DNA of 64,000 nucleotides from the NCBI GenBank assembly GCA_963840455.1, contig CAWIYV010000009.1:64001-128000 (forward strand). The letters run 5' to 3'. A program made the translations under genes and the position numbers. How positions within the stretch are numbered: position 1 is the first letter of the stretch; every line of letters starts with the position of its first letter. Below the pieces are notes generated by a model. The model ran no database searches and had not been told where the DNA came from. It was given only the letters and a program-made list of their open reading frames with translations. Shown one piece after another: positions 32,806-42,015 of this stretch. The stretch comes from Nitrospirota bacterium (GTDB taxonomy: Bacteria > Nitrospirota > UBA9217).

Positions 32806-32898
32806 GCGCTCGTTGTTGGAGGCGGACGCCCCAAGCAGCGGGGCGTCGCTTAACGTCGGCGCCGGACTGTCATGAAAGATCAGCCCGGGAGAGAAAAC

Positions 32899-33567
32899 AT
32901 GACACCTGATCTAGAGAAAGAACAGAAAGCATCCAGCGCCCGGCCGCGCTACCGGTATTCGCTTGCGGCAAAAGTATTTTTCCTGTCGATAGACCTGGTC
33001 ACCGGAAGAACAATAACGCTTCCCAAGGTCAAGTTGATAGAGATACTGGCCAGCATCCCTTATCGCTCCTGGGAAACCCGTCAGTATGCGCGCATGACGC
33101 GACGTTACCGGGACCGGGCCTTGGTGCAGGAGGCACGCAAAATCATGAAGTGGGCCCGGGAAGCGCAGGATAATGAGTATTGGCACCTTCTAGTCGTCAA
33201 CGAGAAGATGAAAGAGGAGGGGACCAAGGACCCGTGGTATCTCTCTCAGCCTATCCCCCTGCTTATGGTCGGCTTCTACGCTGTAGTAACGCGCGTGATG
33301 GCATTGACCGGCATACGCAGAGCGTTCCTGTTCAACGCGGAGTTCGAGGACCATGCCGAACACGTGTACGCACAATTTGTTGAAGAACATCCGGAGTGGG
33401 AGCGACAGCCCGTCAACAATGAACAGGTGAAAGAACGCGGAGCGCTGCCGACCTGGGCGGATGTGTTCAGACGCATCGGTCTGGATGAACGTGACCACAT
33501 GAACATGAGTTTTCTATTCTGTGGTAGACCGGAGCGGGTCGTAAACTATGACGGGATGCGGGAGTAA
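32899..33567 (+). CDS. Alternative oxidase / PTOX-like membrane di-iron carboxylate protein
   Basis: E(ILASIPY), EAQDNEYWH, E(FEDHA..Y), IGLDERDH give the E...ExxH...E...ExxH ligand set with AOX/PTOX-like spacing. Confidence 0.65.
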   Translation: MTPDLEKEQKASSARPRYRYSLAAKVFFLSIDLVTGRTITLPKVKLIEILASIPYRSWETRQYARMTRRYRDRALVQEARKIMKWAREAQDNEYWHLLVVNEKMKEEGTKDPWYLSQPIPLLMVGFYAVVTRVMALTGIRRAFLFNAEFEDHAEHVYAQFVEEHPEWERQPVNNEQVKERGALPTWADVFRRIGLDERDHMNMSFLFCGRPERVVNYDGMRE

Positions 33568-33667
33568 CAGGGCCTGATCCATTCCAGGCACTAGTAAGGT
33601 AACAATATTTAACCAAAGTGAAGCTCACGAACCAGGAAAAGGCCGGATCCAGCCAGGAGGTAGCTTT

Positions 33668-33838
33668 ATGTCCTTGATCATTTATCTTATCGGTTCTGCG
33701 TTTGTCATTGGCGGCGTTGCGTGGGCCCTTGCTGTCGCGGGGCTGAGCACCCGCTACGTGATGATCGCGACCATCATACTTGTCGGCGTCGCGATCATAG
33801 CCGGAGTGACCCGGACCCGCCCTAAGGATAAGGACTGA
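33668..33838 (+). CDS. Small two-TM membrane protein (56 aa)
   Basis: MSLIIYLIGSAFVIGGVAWALAVAGLSTRYVMIATIILVGVAIIAGVTRTRPKDKD; RBS AGGAGGT; not in ORF track. Confidence 0.7.
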   Translation: MSLIIYLIGSAFVIGGVAWALAVAGLSTRYVMIATIILVGVAIIAGVTRTRPKDKD

Positions 33839-34005
33839 CCCGGCTTTCTCTCCCTTACGTGAAGGTCTATTTTGATCGCGACCAAATGCTATGAGCGGCC
33901 GGAAAGTGAGTAAATTGTCTTCTTAATAATTATGTTCATTAAAATGGGATGACTATCCGAAACGGAGCTCATTGAGGCAAACGATCGTCAACGGGAGGAG
34001 TTGCT

Positions 34006-34398
34006 ATGAAAGGTTACGTGCAAAACATCGAGGACATTGCCGTCAAGAATAAAGAATTTCGCCGGGTGCTTTACACGGCCAGGAACTGCCAGCTCGTAGT
34101 CATGGCGTTGAAGCCCAAGGAGGAGATCGGGATGGAAGTGCACAAGCTCGATCAGTTCTTTCGCGTGGAGGAAGGGACGGGCGAGGCCGTTCTCGATGGT
34201 GTTCGCACGGCGATCCGCGCGGGCTTCGCCGTGCTCGTCCCTGCCGGGACGAATCACAACATCATCAATACCGGCAGTGTTTCCCTGAAGCTCTATACGC
34301 TCTATGCGCCGCCGAACCATCGGGACGGCGTTGTCCACCAAACCCGCGCCGAAGCAGAAGCAGACAACGAACACTTCGACGGGAAAACGACGGAATAG
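34006..34398 (+). CDS. Cupin-domain protein
   Basis: QLVVM...EIG.EVH..DQFF.VEEG.G...VPAG..HN..N. Confidence 0.88.
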   Translation: MKGYVQNIEDIAVKNKEFRRVLYTARNCQLVVMALKPKEEIGMEVHKLDQFFRVEEGTGEAVLDGVRTAIRAGFAVLVPAGTNHNIINTGSVSLKLYTLYAPPNHRDGVVHQTRAEAEADNEHFDGKTTE

Positions 34399-34488
34399 AG
34401 AGTAGACTGCGACAGGCTGAGATCGGCAGGAACGTTCGGCGCCGCAGCGGGCAGGGCTCGCAGGCAAAATTAATCCGGGGGTAAAATC

Positions 34489-35004
34489 ATGAGCGAACAA
34501 AAAGGGACGGGCACAAATAGAGAAACCTTGATGGACATGCTGGCAAGCAAGGACGGCGTGATCCGCCAGAACGCAAGGGAAGCGTTGGTGGCACTGGGTG
34601 AACCCGCCGTCTCTTCCCTCACCCAGGCATTGCTGAATTCCAAGCTGGATCAAGTTCGCTGGGAAGCGGCCAAAGCGCTCGGAAGTATCAGCGATACCAG
34701 ATCAATCCCATCGTTGGTGAAAGCACTCGAAGACAGCAACCATGACGTGGCATGGTTGGCTGCAGACGCATTGATACCGTACCAAAAGGCCGCCTGGCCA
34801 TCATTACTACAGGCGTTGGTCGAAAGCAAGTCGGATTCTATAGAATTGCGCAAAGGGGCGCACCATGTTTTGGCGAACCAGAAAGAGGAAGGATTCAACG
34901 ATCTGCTCACAACGCTCTTAAAGGCTTTAGAGTCCAGCGCTGCACCGGAATCGTCTGCAGTAGCTGCGTATGACATTCTTAAAAAAATGAAGGTAAAATC
35001 ATGA
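34489..35004 (+). CDS. HEAT-repeat (PBS lyase-like) protein
   Basis: VRWEAAKALG.I....IP.LV.AL.D...DV.W.AA.AL. Confidence 0.85.
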   Translation: MSEQKGTGTNRETLMDMLASKDGVIRQNAREALVALGEPAVSSLTQALLNSKLDQVRWEAAKALGSISDTRSIPSLVKALEDSNHDVAWLAADALIPYQKAAWPSLLQALVESKSDSIELRKGAHHVLANQKEEGFNDLLTTLLKALESSAAPESSAVAAYDILKKMKVKS

Positions 35005-35067
35005 ACGCTCATTCACGCGCCGGCAGCAGCCAGGGATTTCATCGGGGCCATAACTGAAGGAGCAACC

Positions 35068-37614
35068 ATGAGCAAACAAACACGTGTATGCAGGCCGCTT
35101 TACGGTCTCTTGCCTGCGGACGTCGAGGGGGTCGATACCCTTGCTGAACTGGCGCTGGATATGCACTGGTATTGGAACCACTCTGCCGACGAAGTGTGGA
35201 AGCAGCTTGATCCCGCACTCTGGGAGGTTACCGCCAACCCCTGGGTCGTCCTGCAAACGGTCTCGCGGGACCAGCTCCGTCGCTCACTAGCTGATCCCGC
35301 CTTCCGCAGGAAGGTTGATGACCTCTTGCGGGCCACGCGCCGCGATGCAGAGTCGCCCGCATGGTTTCAGCAATATCATTCGCAGACGCCGCTCACCGCT
35401 GTCGCCTATTTCAGTATGGAATTCATGCTGAGCGAAGCCCTGCCCATCTACTCCGGCGGACTGGGCAATGTGGCCGGCGATCAACTCAAAGCGGCCAGTG
35501 ATCTGGGCGTTCCGGTCATCGGCGTAGGGCTGCTCTACCAACAAGGATATTTTCGCCAGGTGATAGACAAGAACGGGGCACAGCAGGCCCTCTTTCCGTA
35601 CAACGATCCCGGCCAATTGCCGATCACCCCTCTGCGAGGATCGAGCGGAGATTGGCTGCGGCTGGAGATCGAGCTGCCCGGCTACTCGGTATGGCTGCGC
35701 GCCTGGCAAGTCCAGGTCGGCCGGGTGAAACTGTACCTGCTTGACAGTAATGACGCAGCGAACATCCCGACCCGTCGAGGGATCACCAGCGAGCTGTACG
35801 GAGGCAGCCCGGAGCTGCGACTCAACCAAGAGCTGGTGCTCGGGATCGGCGGATGGCGGCTGCTCACCGCGCTCGGCATCAAGCCCGAGGTCTGCCATTT
35901 GAATGAAGGGCATGCTGCTTTCGCCGTATTGGAGCGCGCCCGGACCTTTATGGGAGAGACCGGGCAGCCCTTCGAGGTCGCGCTGGCCATCACGCGGGCG
36001 GGCAACCTCTTCACCACACACACCGCGGTGGCCGCCGGATTTGATCGCTTCGCTCCTGTCCTTATCGACCAGTACCTCGGTTCCTATGCCCGGAACAAGC
36101 TCGGCATCTCTCTCCGCGATCTCATGGCGCTAGGCCGCCAGGACCCCAACGACTCTTCCGAGCCCTTCAATATGGCTTACCTTGCCGTGCGAGGGAGCGG
36201 GGCGGTCAATGGGGTGAGCCGACTGCACGGGAAGGTGAGCAGGCATCTCTTTGCGCCTCTCGTTCCGCGGTGGCCTGAGGAAGAAGTGCCGGTCGGACAT
36301 GTTACGAACGGGGTCCATATGTCAAGCTGGGATTCGGAAGAGACCGACGCTCTCTGGTCAGACGCATGCGGAAAGGACCGCTGGCATGGAACTCTGGAAA
36401 ACCTGGAAGAGGACATGCGCAAACTTCCCGACTCAAGGCTCTGGGAGTGCCGCGCTTCTGCACGCGAGGCTTTGATCGAATATATGCGCGGCAGGCTTTT
36501 CCGGCAACGGGAAGCCGAGGGCGCATCACGGGAAGAAGTCGAAGGCGCAAAAAGTGTTTTTGACGTCAATGCCTTGACGTTGTGCATCGCACGCCGCTTT
36601 GCCTCCTACAAGAGACCAAACCTGCTGCTCCACGATCCCGAGAGGCTTCTTCACATCCTCAACGATCCTCAGCGCCCGGTGCAGCTCATCCTTGCCGGCA
36701 AGGCCCATCCGGCGGACCGGGCAGGGCAGGACCTGATCCAGGAATGGTCCCATTTTATCCGACGGAACGATGCGCGCGACCATGTGGTCTTTCTGAGCGA
36801 CTACGACATGTTCCTGACAGGACAACTGGTGCAGGGAGTGGATGTCTGGATCAATACGCCGCGACGGCCCTGGGAAGCCTGCGGGACGAGCGGGATGAAG
36901 GTGCTTGTCAATGGAGGCCTCAATTGTTCGGAATTGGACGGCTGGTGGGCGGAAGCCTATACGCCTGAAGTAGGGTGGGCGCTCGGCGACGGCAAGGAAC
37001 ATGGGGACGATCCGGCCTGGGATGCTGTTGAAGCAGAGGCGCTCTACGACCTGCTCGAGCGAAAGGTGATCCCTGAGTATTATGACCGTGACACAAACGG
37101 CATCCCCGTGGCCTGGGTTGCGCGCATCCGTGAGAGCATGTCCCGGCTGACACCCCGTTATTCCGCCAATCGGGCCGTGCGGGAATACACCGAGCAGCAT
37201 TACCTCCCGGCTGCTTTGACCTATCGCAAACGAGCTGAACATAATGGGGCTGAGGGAAGCCGGGTGGTCGCTTGGCGGCATCGGGTGGAGCAAAAATGGG
37301 GCGCACTCCGCTTCGGCGAAGTGAAGATCGAGACCGACGCGAAGCAGCATGTGTTCGAGGTTCAGGTCTATCACAACGGTCTCTACCCGAAGGCGGTTCG
37401 GGTAGAGCTTTATGCCGGCGGCGTTAACGGTAACGCTCCGGTGCGGCAGGAGATGAAGCTCGTCCGGCAACCAGCGGCTGCGGACGGGGGGTATGTTTAT
37501 CGTGCCCAGGTGCCCGCGAGCCGTCCAGCGACGGATTATACAGCGCGGGTGCTCCCGTATCACGACGGCGTTTCGATACCCCTGGAAGAAGCTCACATCT
37601 TATGGCAAAAATGA
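35068..37614 (+). CDS. glgP: Alpha-glucan (glycogen/maltodextrin) phosphorylase
   Basis: AYFSMEF, YSGGLG, HLNEGH, PLP-site EACGTSGMK. Confidence 0.93.
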   Translation: MSKQTRVCRPLYGLLPADVEGVDTLAELALDMHWYWNHSADEVWKQLDPALWEVTANPWVVLQTVSRDQLRRSLADPAFRRKVDDLLRATRRDAESPAWFQQYHSQTPLTAVAYFSMEFMLSEALPIYSGGLGNVAGDQLKAASDLGVPVIGVGLLYQQGYFRQVIDKNGAQQALFPYNDPGQLPITPLRGSSGDWLRLEIELPGYSVWLRAWQVQVGRVKLYLLDSNDAANIPTRRGITSELYGGSPELRLNQELVLGIGGWRLLTALGIKPEVCHLNEGHAAFAVLERARTFMGETGQPFEVALAITRAGNLFTTHTAVAAGFDRFAPVLIDQYLGSYARNKLGISLRDLMALGRQDPNDSSEPFNMAYLAVRGSGAVNGVSRLHGKVSRHLFAPLVPRWPEEEVPVGHVTNGVHMSSWDSEETDALWSDACGKDRWHGTLENLEEDMRKLPDSRLWECRASAREALIEYMRGRLFRQREAEGASREEVEGAKSVFDVNALTLCIARRFASYKRPNLLLHDPERLLHILNDPQRPVQLILAGKAHPADRAGQDLIQEWSHFIRRNDARDHVVFLSDYDMFLTGQLVQGVDVWINTPRRPWEACGTSGMKVLVNGGLNCSELDGWWAEAYTPEVGWALGDGKEHGDDPAWDAVEAEALYDLLERKVIPEYYDRDTNGIPVAWVARIRESMSRLTPRYSANRAVREYTEQHYLPAALTYRKRAEHNGAEGSRVVAWRHRVEQKWGALRFGEVKIETDAKQHVFEVQVYHNGLYPKAVRVELYAGGVNGNAPVRQEMKLVRQPAAADGGYVYRAQVPASRPATDYTARVLPYHDGVSIPLEEAHILWQK

Positions 37615-37759
37615 GTGGATACGCGAGGCACATGACATGAAATGGGCAGGCCGGTTATTTATCAGGAGCATATCCTGCTAGTCCCACCCCGCGGTCGCAA
37701 AGGACGAACTGGAAGCGTCTTAAAAAAACAAGCTCGGCGGACGGTGAAACAGCCGACAA

Positions 37760-37872
37760 AAGGCTGACCTGATTGGTATGGGCTCCCCTGGCAAAAGCGC
37801 CCTTAAAGCGGCCCTGTTACGTACGGCGTGATGCGCAGGGCGATCAAGATCCCCGTACGCATCGCCAGGGGA
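37760..37872 (+). pseudogene. Universal stress protein C-terminal relic
   Basis: KADLIGMGSPGKSALKAALL, frameshift, then TYGVMRRAIKIPVRIAR; parallels KVDLIVVGSHGKSAFGAALLGSVAIGLIHREAKYPVLVVR of the USP at 44332. Confidence 0.55.
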
Positions 37873-37926
37873 CGAGCTATTCGCTTGGGAAGGAGTTCTG
37901 TTTGATTTCGTTAGGAGGGGGAAGAT

Positions 37927-39114
37927 ATGCGGCAAGCCGCCGAAGCCACCCGGGAAACACACTATGAAAAACTATTCGGAGCCATCAGGAACCGATTATC
38001 CGATCAGATAAAGACCCCGTTCGAGGTCAGGCTATGGGGAGACCGCACCTATAGATTCGGCAAAGGGGAACCGGTCATTAAAGTCCTCGTCAAGGACCGC
38101 GATGGTTTGTCGGCCCTCAGCCGGTTCGATGAACTGGGTATCTGTGAAGCTTACATGAACGGCAGTCTCGACGTTGTGGGGGATATGCTGGGGTTCGTCA
38201 GTCTCCGGGGGACGTTGAACGATACGCATCCCTTCCACACCTTGTGGCGGCGGATAGCGCCGATGTTCCTAGGACGGGTGAGGGCGGACCGAAAGGCAAT
38301 TGCATCTCACTACGATTTCAGCAACGAATTCTATCTCCTGTTCATGGACCCGACGCGCTGCTATTCGCAGGCGGTGTTCGAACACGATGACGAATCGCTC
38401 GAAACGGCCCAGCGCCGCAAGTTGGATTTCGCTGTTTCAGCATGTCATCTGAAGCCGGGAGATCGCGTTCTGGATGTGGGCGGAGGTTGGGGCACTTTCA
38501 CGGAGTATGCGGGAAAACGCGGCATGCAGGTTACCTCGCTGACTATTTCCCGCCAGTCGGAGGCGTATTTATCGGAATTGATCAAAAGACTGCAGCTTCC
38601 CTGCAAAGCGCTTTACCGGAACTTCCTGGAACACGCCTCGCCTGAACCGTATGATGCGATCGTCATTCTAGGCGTCATGGAGCACCTTCCGGATTATCGG
38701 GCTGTGCTGCGGCAATTTCAGCGATTGCTGAAGCCGGGAGGGCGTGTGTACCTCGATGCCAGTGCATTCCGGGAAAAATATTCGAAGCCCACGTTCGTTT
38801 CCCGCTACATCTTTCCGGGAGACCATTCCTACTTCTGTTTGCACGAGTTCCTTGCCGAAGTAGCCAAAACAAAGCTGGAGGTGCTGGCAGTCCACGACGA
38901 TCGTCACAATTACTACCTTACGTGCAAGGCCTGGGCCGAGAACCTGGAAGCATCTCGTGAAGAGATCGTCAGCCGCTGGGGAGAGATGCTCTATCGACGG
39001 TTCCGGCTTTATCTTTGGGGATCGGCCCACGCGTTTCTCAGCCATGGGATGGATGCATACCGGGTGGTCCTGCAACAACCTCAGGTGCTGGAGCAGAGGA
39101 ACGGACTGTCATAG
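37927..39114 (+). CDS. cfa: Cyclopropane-fatty-acyl-phospholipid synthase family methyltransferase
   Basis: I..HYD..NEFY...D..R.YS.A.F, LE.AQ.RKL, VLDVGGGWG, MEH, RYIFPG. Confidence 0.85.
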   Translation: MRQAAEATRETHYEKLFGAIRNRLSDQIKTPFEVRLWGDRTYRFGKGEPVIKVLVKDRDGLSALSRFDELGICEAYMNGSLDVVGDMLGFVSLRGTLNDTHPFHTLWRRIAPMFLGRVRADRKAIASHYDFSNEFYLLFMDPTRCYSQAVFEHDDESLETAQRRKLDFAVSACHLKPGDRVLDVGGGWGTFTEYAGKRGMQVTSLTISRQSEAYLSELIKRLQLPCKALYRNFLEHASPEPYDAIVILGVMEHLPDYRAVLRQFQRLLKPGGRVYLDASAFREKYSKPTFVSRYIFPGDHSYFCLHEFLAEVAKTKLEVLAVHDDRHNYYLTCKAWAENLEASREEIVSRWGEMLYRRFRLYLWGSAHAFLSHGMDAYRVVLQQPQVLEQRNGLS

Positions 39115-39141
39115 GCGGCAGAAGGTGCAGACGGGTGCCAA

Positions 39142-39210
39142 ATGAAAAAAGCGATCCCGGCCGCGACGTTGTTTCCGGATAACGGCGGTGTCCTGCTCAC
39201 CAACGGGTGA
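39142..39210 (+). pseudogene. HAD-family phosphatase N-terminal relic
   Basis: MKKAIPAATLFPDNGGVLLTNG* resembles HAD motif I (LF.D.GGVLLTNGW). Confidence 0.45.
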
Positions 39211-39285
39211 TTGGTACGCCGTGCAGAGGGAACAGCGCTCGAGAAGGTTGTGCGGCACGTCTGACGGCAAGGAAAAGAGGGCCAG

Positions 39286-40149
39286 ATGAATATCTCAAGC
39301 CGGCTTGACCAAAAGACCCGCAGGGTCTGGTCGATACTTCGTTTTTCCGTCAAACAATTTTTACGGATCGACGGGGCACAGTGGGCGGGGGCGTTCGCCT
39401 TCCATGCGTTCTTCTCGCTGTTTCCTTTGATGGTCCTGCTCGTCACGATTGCATCGTCCTTTATTGACCGGGACAGGGCCGGAAAAGAGGTTATTGCCTA
39501 TATGGAGAGTTATGTCCCGATCAGCGGCGCGATGCAACATCGCATTTTTGATGTCATCGCCGGTGTGATCAACGCACGCAAGCATGCGAGCGCGATTGCG
39601 TTGCTCATCCTGATCTGGGGCGCCCTCCGATGTTTCACCACCCTCATCCGCGCCACCAACCGTGCCTGGGACACCGCGGTGTACAATTGGTGGCGGACGC
39701 CGATGAAAAGTCTGGTCCTGTTCGGCATCGTGGCCGTCGCGGTCCTCCTGGGCATTGCGGTTCCGGTGCTGGCGACCATGGCGAAGGCGTGGTTCTTTCC
39801 TGTGTATGATGTCAGTTCCTGGGTGTATGGCCTGGGAAGCTTTTTCATCCCTCTGTTGGTCATGTTCCTTGCCTTGAGCCTGTTTTACCAGTTCGCTCCA
39901 AGCCGGGTCACGCGGTTTGCCGAAGTTTGGGCCGGCGCCCTGTGCGCCACACTCCTTTTGCGGGCGGCTGAAAGTCTGTTCGTGATCTACCTGAAGGACT
40001 TCGCCACATTGAACGCGGTCTATGGGGCGTTCGGCGGGATCATGGCCTTGTTGCTCTGGATTTACATTTCTGGGTGCATTTTCATATTCGGTGCGTGTCT
40101 GTGTGTTGCTCAGGCCGAGACGCTCTCACCGAGCATGCATAAGCGGTAG
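39286..40149 (+). CDS. YihY/BrkB-family membrane protein
   Basis: A.AF..FFSLFP, N.AW, Y..AP, YGAFG...LLLWIY.S...F.FGA. Confidence 0.88.
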   Translation: MNISSRLDQKTRRVWSILRFSVKQFLRIDGAQWAGAFAFHAFFSLFPLMVLLVTIASSFIDRDRAGKEVIAYMESYVPISGAMQHRIFDVIAGVINARKHASAIALLILIWGALRCFTTLIRATNRAWDTAVYNWWRTPMKSLVLFGIVAVAVLLGIAVPVLATMAKAWFFPVYDVSSWVYGLGSFFIPLLVMFLALSLFYQFAPSRVTRFAEVWAGALCATLLLRAAESLFVIYLKDFATLNAVYGAFGGIMALLLWIYISGCIFIFGACLCVAQAETLSPSMHKR

Positions 40150-40215
40150 CAACGGTGATGAACGAACGTTTGAGGGAATTGGAAAATATCGTTGTACTGT
40201 TTTTCCCGATACAAC

Positions 40216-40267
40216 CCATCCCCACCTTCATCCTCCCCTTCAAGGGGAAGATTGGGAGGGGGATGGG
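40216..40267. repeat. REP-like hairpin repeat
   Basis: CCCATCCCC...CCTCCCCTTCAAGGGGAAG...GGGGGATGGG nested inverted repeat. Confidence 0.5.
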
Positions 40268-40282
40268 ACGAAAGCGGTATGT

Positions 40283-40401
40283 TTGAATCCAGGAGCGAGC
40301 GCATTTCCCACAGCTTGCTGCGGGGTTAGCGAACGATGAGAATAACGATAGCTCCTTTGAGGATCGATGATTCCCTGCAGCTTGCTGCAGGGAGCTTCAA
40401 T
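40283..40401 (+). repeat. Dispersed palindromic element, copy 3 (longest, two hairpins)
   Basis: TTGAATCCAGGAGCGAGCGCATTTCCCACAGCTTGCTGCGGGG ... GATTCCCTGCAGCTTGCTGCAGGGAGCTTCAAT. Confidence 0.75.
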
Positions 40402-40426
40402 GTTCAGGGACCAGCGAGGTGAGGCG

Positions 40427-41752
40427 GTGAAAGATGGGTCAAGTCAACGTGCGAACGACAGCATGGCGGGGGCAAAGGTGCGATCCGCTCTGCTCCTGAA
40501 CGGCGTTTCGTCGCGTATCAAACTGCTTTTTCAGCGCGTTGACCCGACTACGACCCCCCTCATTCCGGACAATCACGTCACTCTACTGCAGAACGGAGAG
40601 GCTTATTTCTCTGCGATCGAAGCTGCGTTTGACCGGGCGGAGCATGAGATTTATCTTGAAACGTATATTTACGAAAACGACACTACCGGAAAACGGATCG
40701 CGGAGGCTCTGCGGCGGGCTGCCCTGCGAGGAGTATGCACTCACGTGTTGATCGATGGGTTCGGGTCCCACGACCTGCCGCGGACCATGATAGATCATCT
40801 GCAGGCGGCCGGAGTAAAGGTGGCCTGGTACCGCAAAAAGATATCTCCCTGGACGTTACAGCGAAAACGCCTGCGCCGGCTGCACCGGAAAATAGCGGTT
40901 GTGGACCGGAAAACCGCGTTTGTCGGCGGTGTCAATATTATTGATGACATGAAAACGACGGACCCCCCGTCCTTTCGTTATGACTGCACTGCGGCTGTGG
41001 AAGGACCGCTGGTGGAGGTGATCCGCCTTTCCGCCCGGCGGCTGTGGTCATTGGTGGCCTGGAGTAATTTTCGTACAGGCTGGATCGGGGAGGGGATTCT
41101 GTCTGCTTCACCTTCGAGCGGGGGGACCATGCGTGCGGCATTCCTGGTGCGGGATAATGTCCGCCATCGCCGGGATATTGAAAAGGCGTATATGCGAGCG
41201 ATCGAACAGGCAGAATTCGAGATCATTATTGCCAGTGCCTATTTTTTGCCGGGAATAAACTTTCGTCACGCGCTGATCAATGCGGCCGCGCGCGGTGTCC
41301 GGGTGATCCTGCTGTTGCAGGGGAGGGTGGAATATTTTTTGCAGCATTATGCTTCACGTGCGCTCTACGGCAATTTACTCGATGCGGGAATCGAAATTTA
41401 CGAATATCACGAGAGCTTCATGCACGCCAAAGTGGCGGTGATCGATGAGCACTGGGCGACGGTGGGGTCTTCAAATATTGATCCTTACAGCCTGTTGCTT
41501 TCGCGCGAAGCGAATGTCGTCGTTGACGATGAAGAATTTGCCGGAACACTGAAGCAGAGCCTAAAGCAGGCCGTAGAAGAGGGTGCGAAGCGGATATCGA
41601 AGAAGAACTGGGACCATGAGCCTGCTCCATTGCGGTTCATGAACTGGCTCAGTTACGGTTTCGTGCGATTGCTGATGGGTATCTCGGGATATGCCCCTGA
41701 TTTCGGCCGGAACGATATGATCGAACATCGTCGCCGGAGGACTGAAAAATGA
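40427..41752 (+). CDS. clsB: Cardiolipin synthase B (PLD family)
   Basis: Two HKD motifs (LHRKIAVVD, MHAKVAVID), NG..YF, WATVGSSNID; no N-terminal TM helices; start uncertain. Confidence 0.85.
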   Translation: MKDGSSQRANDSMAGAKVRSALLLNGVSSRIKLLFQRVDPTTTPLIPDNHVTLLQNGEAYFSAIEAAFDRAEHEIYLETYIYENDTTGKRIAEALRRAALRGVCTHVLIDGFGSHDLPRTMIDHLQAAGVKVAWYRKKISPWTLQRKRLRRLHRKIAVVDRKTAFVGGVNIIDDMKTTDPPSFRYDCTAAVEGPLVEVIRLSARRLWSLVAWSNFRTGWIGEGILSASPSSGGTMRAAFLVRDNVRHRRDIEKAYMRAIEQAEFEIIIASAYFLPGINFRHALINAAARGVRVILLLQGRVEYFLQHYASRALYGNLLDAGIEIYEYHESFMHAKVAVIDEHWATVGSSNIDPYSLLLSREANVVVDDEEFAGTLKQSLKQAVEEGAKRISKKNWDHEPAPLRFMNWLSYGFVRLLMGISGYAPDFGRNDMIEHRRRRTEK

Positions 41753-41851
41753 TATTGTTAATATATGATAAAATTGTAGAAATTCATCTTGTTGCGGGAC
41801 ATTGCCTGTCGATCGGATGAAGCAGACGATGAAGATAAAAGAAGGGCATTT

Positions 41852-41964
41852 CGGCCGAGCAGGCTGCGGCCATTGCCGCGGAAACGTCGAACGATCGAAA
41901 ATGGGAAGAAGCCGGACCCCATGCGCACCGGTGGTGTCCCTTCCTGACAAGAAGGGTGAATGAG
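41852..41964 (+). pseudogene. Duplicated 3' end of the AI-2E transporter gene
   Basis: Highly similar to 27508-27621, including the ...GACAAGAAGGGTGAATGAG stop region. Confidence 0.8.
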
Positions 41965-42015
41965 AGGACTGTGGCCTGTATGGCAGGGAGAAATCCTATC
42001 AGAGCCGAGGATCCC

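Noticed and set aside
32194-32862. attC-like half sites (GCTTAGCTCTGTGTCAAG; GCGGACGCCCCAAGC...GCTTAACGTCGG; also near 20322-20346)
   Set aside because: No paired RYYYAAC/GTTRRRY boxes and no integrase; too degenerate to call integron cassettes
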